Source: Candidatus Wolfebacteria bacterium GW2011_GWB1_47_1
GTDB lineage: Bacteria > Patescibacteriota > Minisyncoccia > UBA6257 > UBA9933
Assembly (NCBI GenBank): GCA_001029635.1
Contig: CP011209.1
Location: forward strand, 618,435-682,434
DNA: 64,000 nucleotides
Direction of reading: 5' to 3'
Shown here: in pieces, positions 24,783-32,334 of the stretch
Layout of the letters: every line of letters begins with the position of its first letter
Numbering within the stretch: position 1 is the first letter of the stretch
Notes under the pieces: model-generated
Seen by the model: only the letters and a program-made list of their open reading frames with translations
What the model was told of the DNA's origin: nothing
Database searches by the model: none
Translations under genes and position numbers: made by a program

Positions 24783-25397
24783 TTATTTAACTTTAGCTCC
24801 CGATTCAATCTTCTTTTCTGGGGTCAATAAGACCGGGTTTTCTGCGCCACCTGCGGCGAGGAGCATGCCATGGCTTTCAACACCCATGAGGGCTCGTGGG
24901 GCCAGGTTTGCTACTATGATGATCTCTTTGCCGATGAGTTCGTCCGGTCTGTATGCCTTGCCGATACCCGCAACGATCTGGCGACTTTCTTCGCCGAGTT
25001 CGAGTTGGAGCTTAATGAGCTTCTCTGACTTTTCTACGCGTATAGCCTCCTTAATCTTGGCTACCTTCAATTCCACCTTTGCAAAATCATCGTAGGTGAT
25101 TTCGCCATCCTTAGTAGCGGTTTCTACAGTCAATTTTTCTTTTGTCGGTTCTTGTTCCTTTACCGCTTCCTTATGAACAGCCGATTTTGGCTTGCGCTTA
25201 GTATATAGGTAATAGACTTCGAGAATACCGACGGCATTAATCAACAACAATGCGATAAACCAACCCCTTTCTTTGCGTTCAAATGCGCGGAGCAGCGCGG
25301 CTCCTTTGATGATGAATGACCACGCGAGTAGGATAAGAAACGTGAGCGGATACTGAATAATGAGTGAGAGCAAGAAGAATTGAATTTCGGTTGACAT
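24783..25397 (-). CDS. Fusion protein: N-terminal DUF5652-like 2-TM anchor + C-terminal tRNA-binding (Trbp111/CsaA/EMAP-type OB) domain
   Basis: C-terminus FAKVELKVAKIKEAIRVEKSEKLIKLQLELGEESRQIVAGIGKAY...IIIVANLAPRALMGVESHGMLLAA is the classic tRNA-binding domain. N-terminus ...KGAALLRAFERKERGWFIALLLINAVGILEVYYLY is membrane-embedded. Confidence 0.7.
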   Translation of the reverse strand: MSTEIQFFLLSLIIQYPLTFLILLAWSFIIKGAALLRAFERKERGWFIALLLINAVGILEVYYLYTKRKPKSAVHKEAVKEQEPTKEKLTVETATKDGEITYDDFAKVELKVAKIKEAIRVEKSEKLIKLQLELGEESRQIVAGIGKAYRPDELIGKEIIIVANLAPRALMGVESHGMLLAAGGAENPVLLTPEKKIESGAKVK

Positions 25398-25472
25398 ATG
25401 CTTGAATTTGTTAGTATTGCGTTATGCATTAGTATAGCGGGTTTTGGGTATGTTTGAAAAGTATCCCTTATC

Positions 25473-25499
25473 AAAAAGGGCACGTCGTGCGTGCCCTTT
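25473..25499 (-). terminator. Intrinsic terminator after gene 25505..25831
   Basis: gggcacg tcgtg cgtgccc stem with A/T runs on both sides. Confidence 0.65.
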
Positions 25500-25504
25500 G
25501 CGCC

Positions 25505-25831
25505 TTACTTGCCTTTTGCGGCGACGAGCTCTTTGAGGCGTTTTTTCGCCTCTCTGAGTTTTTTGGATGATTTCTTGGCCGGGATGCCGTATTTTTTGAT
25601 TGGCCTGTCCCCTGCCTGCTCGTAGAACTCGATCTTGATGCGTGAGTCGCCGTTGTTTTTTAGCCGCGTGATGAACTCGTGTGCGACGTAGTATCCCTTC
25701 TTTTCCTTACTTTGAAATGGGAAGGTTACCTCGTTGCCGCTTGCTGCACAGGTCTCCGCTAGCGCAGCGACGATGGTTTCGTTTGAAAAATGGTTTCGTG
25801 GAACGACGATGTACTTATACTTTGGCGGCAT
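25505..25831 (-). CDS. Hypothetical protein (108 aa) with Lys-rich C-terminal tail, orphan cassette
   Basis: GAGGGGGA SD and own terminator. No family recognised. Confidence 0.6.
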   Translation of the reverse strand: MPPKYKYIVVPRNHFSNETIVAALAETCAASGNEVTFPFQSKEKKGYYVAHEFITRLKNNGDSRIKIEFYEQAGDRPIKKYGIPAKKSSKKLREAKKRLKELVAAKGK

Positions 25832-25895
25832 ACACTCCCCCTCTTTTCCTCAGTGATATGAACTAAACGTAGCGTCGCATGTATCGATGGTTCTG

Positions 25896-25930
25896 TCAAA
25901 AAAGCCCCCGATTGCTCGGGGGCTTGACTG
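25896..25930 (-). terminator. Intrinsic terminator, family 2 (gcccccgattgctcgggggc), T-run fused to TTGACA
   Basis: Identical to 26464-26497 except for a 1-nt indel. Confidence 0.75.
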
Positions 25931-25941
25931 ACTTTCTGGCT

Positions 25942-26376
25942 TTACGAGAGGGGTGGGATGTACAGCACTACCAAATCCTCTTCCGTTCCCGGATTTGGAA
26001 TGTTGATGATCTCGCCTTCGATTTCATGGTGTGCGAGTACTCTCTGATACTGTTTCGCAGCCTCCAATCGACCAGCGTATTCGCCGAAACCATTGGGATA
26101 CAGGAGTGTTCCGGCGTCGAGTGATTTGCCGGCAACTTTCTCTACGTGGGCGATGAATCCAGGCTCTTCCTCCTGAATGAGTACGGAGAAGCCGCGTTGT
26201 TGCGTCGGGCCGATGAACGGCGGAATGTCGTATCGTTGTAGGATATCAATGATCGGAGCACTCCGTTGGAGGCGTATCAACGCGCTGTTGTATGCTTTCT
26301 TGCGCGCTTTGTTCCCTACTTTTTCCCCGATCGCATCAGCTCGTTCGTATAGATCGCCTTGGTCTATTTTGTCCAT
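25942..26376 (-). CDS. Hypothetical protein (144 aa), orphan cassette
   Basis: GGAGGG SD. TTGACA-N17-TATTTT upstream. Ends ...IINIPNPGTEEDLVVLYIPPLS. Confidence 0.65.
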   Translation of the reverse strand: MDKIDQGDLYERADAIGEKVGNKARKKAYNSALIRLQRSAPIIDILQRYDIPPFIGPTQQRGFSVLIQEEEPGFIAHVEKVAGKSLDAGTLLYPNGFGEYAGRLEAAKQYQRVLAHHEIEGEIINIPNPGTEEDLVVLYIPPLS

Positions 26377-26463
26377 GGTCCCTCCGTTAGGACGTATATG
26401 TTAGTACTATCGACAAAAATAGCCCGAATAGATTACTTTGTCAAAGCTTTCCGATATCGCCTA

Positions 26464-26497
26464 TCAAAAAACCCCCGATTGCTCGGGGGCTTGACTG
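26464..26497 (-). terminator. Intrinsic terminator, family 2 (duplicate of 25896-25930)
   Basis: Same hairpin and flanks, about 70 nt downstream of the stop of gene 26563..27186. Confidence 0.75.
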
Positions 26498-26562
26498 TCG
26501 AAAGGCTAACCGAGAATTATTGTTCCTCGTCTTCCCTTCTTGTCTATTATGGACCGTATTGT

Positions 26563-27186
26563 CTACGACTCTTGGTCCTGGGTTTTTGCAGTAGTCCACC
26601 TGCTGAAGATTTCCTTGCTTCGCTCATCGATGTTGGGATTGGTGAATCCATGCCTTTCGCAGAAGGCCTCAACGGTATTCTCGAGGCTTTTCCAAAAGGA
26701 GATTATTTCCACATACCTTTGTTTCGACGCGAGGTAGATTCTCTCATTCTCCTTTTTATCGAGGGAGCCGCCGAAGTACTCTTCTCCGAGTGGTTTGAGC
26801 GTGTTATTGTCGCCGATGCGCATTTCCCATATCTCTATCTCACTCCCATCGGGAGGACCGAATACGTGGGCGATTTTCTTGAACGAAGTGTCGGCATGTT
26901 TCTCGACTGTTGTTTGCAACAGGCCGAGCAGCTCTTGGATGTGGGCTTCGGGCGATGCAATTGAGATGTTCAGGTGTCCCCATGGCTCCGGGTAAAAGCT
27001 ACTCGGGTGGTTTTTATCTGCTTCATCCGTTTCGTCGAGGTGTCCCGAACAACTCACGCCGAATGAGGCGCAGAACGGGATCTGATGGAACAGTTCGACG
27101 AGGGTTCGAAATAGCAGATCAATTCCGCGAAATCCATACCTACTTTCCAGTAATCTGACCGCTGCGTGTTGCCGTCCGCATCCCAT
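26563..27186 (-). CDS. Hypothetical protein (207 aa), orphan cassette
   Basis: GAGGAG SD. TTGACA at 27246-27251 (minus). No family recognised. Confidence 0.65.
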   Translation of the reverse strand: MGCGRQHAAVRLLESRYGFRGIDLLFRTLVELFHQIPFCASFGVSCSGHLDETDEADKNHPSSFYPEPWGHLNISIASPEAHIQELLGLLQTTVEKHADTSFKKIAHVFGPPDGSEIEIWEMRIGDNNTLKPLGEEYFGGSLDKKENERIYLASKQRYVEIISFWKSLENTVEAFCERHGFTNPNIDERSKEIFSRWTTAKTQDQES

Positions 27187-27286
27187 ATTTTACTCCTCTT
27201 GATTATTATTGGTGTACTAAAAATACAATACCTATTCGCACCCATTTTGTCAAAGTCTTTTGCCGACATCCTTTTCAATACAACGG

Positions 27287-27400
27287 CATACCATCGATGA
27301 AATTGAATCAATAGCCCTCTTGTATAAATATACGTGTTTCTCACGTAAATGGTTCAGTCGGGAATCGATGTAAGTCGATCCAGTCGTCTCCATGATCCTA
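27287..27400 (-). pseudogene. queA: Decayed fragment of queA (internal about 37 codons)
   Basis: 27287-27342 matches 29777-29832 at 55/56, with weaker similarity to about 27400. Two in-frame TGA codons and a frameshift relative to the intact queA. Confidence 0.8.
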
Positions 27401-27489
27401 TTAATGCATGTGTTCCGTAGCACCTATTATTAATGGATAATGCAGAACCGCCCCGAATACTGTCATGTTAGAGTTGATCGAGAAGTTGG

Positions 27490-28314
27490 TTAATCATCGT
27501 CGTCGTCATCACCTTTTTGGGACGCTGACGGCGTTGGGGTTGTCGTTTGTTGGATTGCCTGCGAGGTTGTCTGCTGTCCGACCGCTCCAACGAGATAGTT
27601 TGCAAGCATTTGATGCGCATTCATCGAATGAGGCAGCCCCTCAAATGCAGCCGTTCCATCCCTTCCACAATAAGGGCGTATCGCGCCTACCCCGCCTGGA
27701 TGTCTCGGAATATAGCTTGTTACGTTGTAGACATTGCCATTGACGATCATCCAGCAATCGTCTGTTGTGCTGTGTTTCGCAATTTCCTGAATTGATAACG
27801 TTACTGATGGATTGGTCACGGTCGTGCTTAGTGTCGTCGGCTTTGCAGTCGATGTTGTTGGTTGTGCTGTTGCGGTCGTCGGCTTTTGCGTGGCCGCATT
27901 TTGTGCTACAGGTTTCTGTCCGAAGTCCCCTATGTAGTAGGCCTTGAGCATTTCGGTCGCGTTTTGCGAATGTGACTTTGGACTGGATGTCCGCCCTTTA
28001 GTCGCGTAGGCTTGCGTCGCATCCGTTCCACAGGTTGGGAGAATCGTGCTTGCATCTCCCGGATGTTTATCGAGATAGGTCGTTACGTCGTAGACTTTGC
28101 CGCTCACAAGGAGCCAACAACTTGCGGCGGTATTGTGCGTCAAAATCTCTCGCATAGATAACAGGGCTCCTGGTGCTACTACTGAGGCCGATTGCTGTTC
28201 CGGAGGAATCTCAACAGCCTGTTGTTTATTTTGATAAAACACTAATCCTGAGGTTAATAACGCAGTTACTAATGCCCAGAAGATAAGAAGTGATACCGCG
28301 GTCAATTTTTTCAT
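27490..28314 (-). CDS. Membrane-anchored protein with two cytochrome b5-like heme-binding domains, Thr-rich linkers and a poly-Asp tail
   Basis: Two copies of the ...CW(L/M)xVxGxVY(D/N)VT.Y...HPG(G/D) pattern, each with a downstream His (KSHS, LPHS). N-terminal signal anchor. Ends in KGDDDDDD. Confidence 0.75.
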   Translation of the reverse strand: MKKLTAVSLLIFWALVTALLTSGLVFYQNKQQAVEIPPEQQSASVVAPGALLSMREILTHNTAASCWLLVSGKVYDVTTYLDKHPGDASTILPTCGTDATQAYATKGRTSSPKSHSQNATEMLKAYYIGDFGQKPVAQNAATQKPTTATAQPTTSTAKPTTLSTTVTNPSVTLSIQEIAKHSTTDDCWMIVNGNVYNVTSYIPRHPGGVGAIRPYCGRDGTAAFEGLPHSMNAHQMLANYLVGAVGQQTTSQAIQQTTTPTPSASQKGDDDDDD

Positions 28315-28320
28315 GGATTT

Positions 28321-29625
28321 TTAGCGGAAGCCGAATTCTTCCGTATGTATATGTGATTTTTTTGTGCCCTTTTCAATTAATTGTCGTGTGAGGGAATGCA
28401 TCATAGGTTGCGGCCCACAAATCAGGATTTCCTTACTGTGAATATCCTCGTCCATCTGGAGTGTTGCCGCAGAAATGTGCCCTTGCGTACTTGAACAGTA
28501 TGGAACTATGCGTATACTTGGGTTGCCTTGTTCGATTGTAAGCAGTTCGTCGAGAAATACTGCCTCGGCTTTATTAGTTACGCAGTAATAGATTGTTATG
28601 TGATAGGACGAATCAGTTACCGATTTCGCCATACCAATGAATGGTGTTATGCCGATGCCGCCCGCTATCCAGATCTGGTTTTTTCCTGCAAAATGGTCGT
28701 ATAAAAATGTGCCAAAAGGACCCTCTATCTGTGCAACCGTATTCTTTGCTATCAATTTGAATTTGCCGGTATGATCTCCGAGTGTCTTTATTGCTATTGC
28801 TAATCGTGGTTCATCGGGAGTGGATATGAGCGAAAATGGATGTGACTCTTTGCCCACCTTCTCATCTTCAAAACTAATAAATACAAACTGGCCTGGTCTG
28901 TAGGCGATAGGCCTGTATGCTGGCACCATATAGATGGAAACGGTATTCTTGTCCAATGTACGCACCTCATCGACGATATATTCGATATGTGGAACAAAGA
29001 ATTTCGGGGCTAATGTGCGATAACAGATCGCCACCACGCCGATCGCGATAAATGTCGCCATCAGCCAATATAATCCTGCAGAGTTTTGTGTATCGCTATA
29101 GATGACCAAGGTGTGGATCGACGCAAGAACAAACGATACGGAAAGAAACTGGTGCGTAAGCCTCCATTTGTGATACGCGAAACTGATAAAGAAGGTCAAT
29201 ATAAGAAACAGTATCATCGAAAGCAATGCGGCAGTACCCCAGAGGATATCGGGGTCCGTTGAAAGTAAAAATAATGCCGCGTCCCGGGTGGATGCAACGA
29301 GAGCAATCTTCAGGGCAATCACTATCGGATGAAATAAGAGTAATGAGAATGTGATCGCGCCAAGTCGATGGTGAGCCACATATGCTTTATTAATGCCATC
29401 GAAGAATTGTTCCAGTATCGGATGGCGGGTGCCAAGTACTAACGTCAATGCAAATAATGCCATTCCTATCAACCCAAAGATTTGACCAATACTGGTTAGT
29501 GTATATGTGGGCGTTTCAAATCGCAGGGTAATCGGCTTCATGGTCGCCCAAAATAATAGTGGCAAAAGCGAAAGCGCCACAATAATCAACCACCCCGATG
29601 ACCTTTTTATACGCTGCAGCTTCAT
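28321..29625 (-). CDS. Ferric reductase/NADPH oxidase (FRD/NOX) family flavocytochrome: 6-TM bis-heme domain + FAD + NAD(P)H domains
   Basis: Hx13H (HHRLGAITFSLLLFH) and Hx12H (HQFLSVSFVLASIH) pairs in TM helices. HPFS (FAD), GGIGITPF (NAD(P)H) and a C-terminal CGP motif. Confidence 0.8.
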   Translation of the reverse strand: MKLQRIKRSSGWLIIVALSLLPLLFWATMKPITLRFETPTYTLTSIGQIFGLIGMALFALTLVLGTRHPILEQFFDGINKAYVAHHRLGAITFSLLLFHPIVIALKIALVASTRDAALFLLSTDPDILWGTAALLSMILFLILTFFISFAYHKWRLTHQFLSVSFVLASIHTLVIYSDTQNSAGLYWLMATFIAIGVVAICYRTLAPKFFVPHIEYIVDEVRTLDKNTVSIYMVPAYRPIAYRPGQFVFISFEDEKVGKESHPFSLISTPDEPRLAIAIKTLGDHTGKFKLIAKNTVAQIEGPFGTFLYDHFAGKNQIWIAGGIGITPFIGMAKSVTDSSYHITIYYCVTNKAEAVFLDELLTIEQGNPSIRIVPYCSSTQGHISAATLQMDEDIHSKEILICGPQPMMHSLTRQLIEKGTKKSHIHTEEFGFR

Positions 29626-29629
29626 ATAT

Positions 29630-30667
29630 TCAGTATATCAACATACCATCTCCAAATGAAAAGAATCGAAACTTTCGTTTAATTGCAATCTTGTAGAGCT
29701 TGAAGAGTGTATCCTTGCCGATCAGTGCCGCAACCAGCATCAAGAGGCTGGATTGTGGCACGTGAAAGTTGGTTACCATACCATCGATGAAATTGAATCG
29801 ATAGCCCTCTTGTATAAATATACGTGTTTCTCCTGTTAAACGTTTCAATTGGGAATCGATACAGGCTGACTCAAGTGTTCGGACTACTGTCGTACCTACT
29901 CCGATAATGGGGCGGCCTTCCTCCTTCGCCTTGTTGAGAAAGTTTGCCGTCTGCTTGTCTATTGAAAATGATTCGGTGTGTAGCGCGCCGGTATCGAGAT
30001 GCTCCTGCGTAAGTGGCGCAAATGTACCAATGTTTACATGGAGTGTTATAAAGCGAATGTCTACCCCCTGCTTCTGCAGCTTTTTTAATAGGCGATCAGT
30101 AAAATGGAGCGATGCGGTTGGTGCTGCGACTGAGCCGGCATGCTTAGCAAATACCGTCTGGTATTTTTTACGCAATTCGCGTTCGTTGAGTGGCGATTCT
30201 TTTATGTAAGGAGGGATCGGCGTGATGCCATGGCGATCAAGTATCGTATTGAGCTGCTGTAATGGAAACGATGGCTTAAGTAGATAATATTTTCCTTCTT
30301 GTTTTGCAACATTAAAAAATAAGCCACTTGTGATCCGGACATTGGTTCCTACTTCGAGCTTGCGATCTGACATAGCGCGGATTACATCTCCCTCTTGGGC
30401 AATATAAAGGATGCGCGCGGTTCCTCCTGTCGGTTTGGTAACCGTCAGGCGCGCGGGAAGAACTTTTGTTTGGTTGAATACCAATACCGCGCCCTTTGGC
30501 AGGTATTCCCCTATATGCGCAAAGGTCGTTTCAGTGATCGAATCGGCATTTCGATCGTATACCAAAAGTTTGGCGCTATCGCGGGGCGATGCGGGCTTTT
30601 GCGCGATCAGCGTTTCTGGAAATGCGTAATCGTATTCTTTGAGTATTTTTTCTAGTGGTTTTGACAT
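29630..30667 (-). CDS. queA: S-adenosylmethionine:tRNA ribosyltransferase-isomerase
   Basis: YDYAFPETLIAQKPASPRDSAKLLV..., GITPIPPYIKE and FFSFGDGMLI motifs. Start set at the ATG at 30667, just after the upstream stop. Confidence 0.9.
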   Translation of the reverse strand: MSKPLEKILKEYDYAFPETLIAQKPASPRDSAKLLVYDRNADSITETTFAHIGEYLPKGAVLVFNQTKVLPARLTVTKPTGGTARILYIAQEGDVIRAMSDRKLEVGTNVRITSGLFFNVAKQEGKYYLLKPSFPLQQLNTILDRHGITPIPPYIKESPLNERELRKKYQTVFAKHAGSVAAPTASLHFTDRLLKKLQKQGVDIRFITLHVNIGTFAPLTQEHLDTGALHTESFSIDKQTANFLNKAKEEGRPIIGVGTTVVRTLESACIDSQLKRLTGETRIFIQEGYRFNFIDGMVTNFHVPQSSLLMLVAALIGKDTLFKLYKIAIKRKFRFFSFGDGMLIY

Positions 30668-30671
30668 CGGC

Positions 30672-31160
30672 TTACGGACGGAGGTATTCTTTGTTGATCT
30701 CGATCCGCTCATCGATAATTGAATTCGGATCGTTCATCCAGATCTTTGAGGGAGCTATCTTATATAATCTATAGGTGTTCTCATTGAGCAATTTTTTCAA
30801 TCCCGTATTGAATGATTTTGTTGCACGTGCGTAGGGATATGTCCGTTTGAAGTAGGTTAATGATACCTCTGGTATTTCTAAAAGTGTTACCCTTTTTGCT
30901 GTTCCTTCGATCTGTAACCCTACCCCATCCCCTATCAATTGATGGGAATCGAATATCGCCACTGCAACGCTTTTGTTCTGCCCGATATTCACACAATGTT
31001 TTGAGCGGATATGGGAAACGAAATATAAATTCAGATCATTGTCGTATGCATATACAACCGGAGATACCCATGCCGTACCGTTTTTGCCGGCACTTCCAAT
31101 CGTCATGTATTGGTTGCTCTCCAGTATCTCTTTTGCCAATTTTTGCACATCGATTGCCAT
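30672..31160 (-). CDS. Pyridoxamine 5'-phosphate oxidase-like FMN-binding family protein
   Basis: Split-barrel family pattern (...YMTIGSAGKNGTAWVSPVVYAYDNDLNLYFVS...). Sits between tgt and queA. Confidence 0.6.
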   Translation of the reverse strand: MAIDVQKLAKEILESNQYMTIGSAGKNGTAWVSPVVYAYDNDLNLYFVSHIRSKHCVNIGQNKSVAVAIFDSHQLIGDGVGLQIEGTAKRVTLLEIPEVSLTYFKRTYPYARATKSFNTGLKKLLNENTYRLYKIAPSKIWMNDPNSIIDERIEINKEYLRP

Positions 31161-31164
31161 AGGA

Positions 31165-32301
31165 TTATATTTTTCCCTTTTTAATCTCTTCACGCACTTT
31201 CTTCACGAATCCGTGGAAGAAGTACATGTTGTGGAATGTGAGTAACTTAAGTGGCGTTATTTCGTTTGCCTTCAAGAGATGTGTGATATACCCCCTGCTG
31301 TAGTTTTGACATACAAAACACGAGCACTTTGGATCGAGGGGTTTTTTATCCAATAAAAATGTTCTTTTTTTCAAATCCAAGCGCCCTTTCGACGTAAATG
31401 CCATACCATGCCGCGCGTAATGCGTCGGAGCGATGCAGTCGAATGTATCGATGCCTGACTTCATGATCGGGATGATATCGTCGAGATGTCCGATGCCGAG
31501 TAGGTGGCGCGGTTTATTTTCTGGTAGTTTCTTGGTTACGATATCGAGCATGCCCGTCATCGAGCCTTTGTCTGCTCCGAATTCTCCTCCAATACCGAAG
31601 CCATCGAATGGCAGACTTCCGATAAATTCTGCACTTTCGGTCCGTAGATCCTTAAACTTTCCTCCTTGTACAATACCGTAGAGTGCCTGTTTCGACTTTT
31701 TTGTCTTGAGACAAACCTTTGCCCATTCGTTAGTATGCTCGAGCGACTTTTTTGTATATGCGCGGTCGGCCATCGGCGATGTACATTCGTCGAATGCAAA
31801 GATAATATCCGCGCCGATTTGTTCTTGTATCTTGATCGATTCTTTTGGCCCGAGAAACATTTCGCTACCATCATGATAGGAGCGGAACATAACCCCGTCC
31901 GGTGTTATGCTAAGTAGCTTGGGTTGTTGGCCAAGCTCGATGATATTTTCGCTTTCCTTTTTTAGAATCTTACCGGTCTGGAAGTCCCGACCGAACCCAA
32001 GGCTAAATACTTGAAATCCGCCCGAATCCGTCATAATCGGACGTTTCCAATTCATGAATTTGTGCAGACCCCCGTGCTTTTTAAGTACGGCTTCGCCTGG
32101 ACGGATGTGGAGATGATAGGTGTTAGCGATCAGTAATTGTGCGCCTGTCGCCTCGACCTCCTCGGATGTAAGCGTTTTAATAACCCCCTGGGTTGCTACC
32201 GAAACGTAGGCAGGTGTCTCCACTGTGCCATGCGTTGTTTTGAGCATGCCTATGCGCGCCTTGCTCTTCGCCGATCGTTTTTTGATTTTGAATTCGATCA
32301 T
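31165..32301 (-). CDS. tgt: Queuine tRNA-ribosyltransferase (tRNA-guanine transglycosylase)
   Basis: MTDSGGFQVFSLG, the GIGGEF region and the zinc site CSCFVCQNYSRGYITHL. Confidence 0.95.
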   Translation of the reverse strand: MIEFKIKKRSAKSKARIGMLKTTHGTVETPAYVSVATQGVIKTLTSEEVEATGAQLLIANTYHLHIRPGEAVLKKHGGLHKFMNWKRPIMTDSGGFQVFSLGFGRDFQTGKILKKESENIIELGQQPKLLSITPDGVMFRSYHDGSEMFLGPKESIKIQEQIGADIIFAFDECTSPMADRAYTKKSLEHTNEWAKVCLKTKKSKQALYGIVQGGKFKDLRTESAEFIGSLPFDGFGIGGEFGADKGSMTGMLDIVTKKLPENKPRHLLGIGHLDDIIPIMKSGIDTFDCIAPTHYARHGMAFTSKGRLDLKKRTFLLDKKPLDPKCSCFVCQNYSRGYITHLLKANEITPLKLLTFHNMYFFHGFVKKVREEIKKGKI

Positions 32302-32334
32302 AGGATTATCAGTATGCGCTAAACACCTTAAAAA

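Noticed and set aside
27287-29832. Classic integrative mobile element (integrase-mediated) delimited by the queA direct repeats
   Set aside because: No integrase, recombinase, transposase or excisionase gene lies between or next to the repeats. I report only the repeat/relic geometry, not a mobile-element call.
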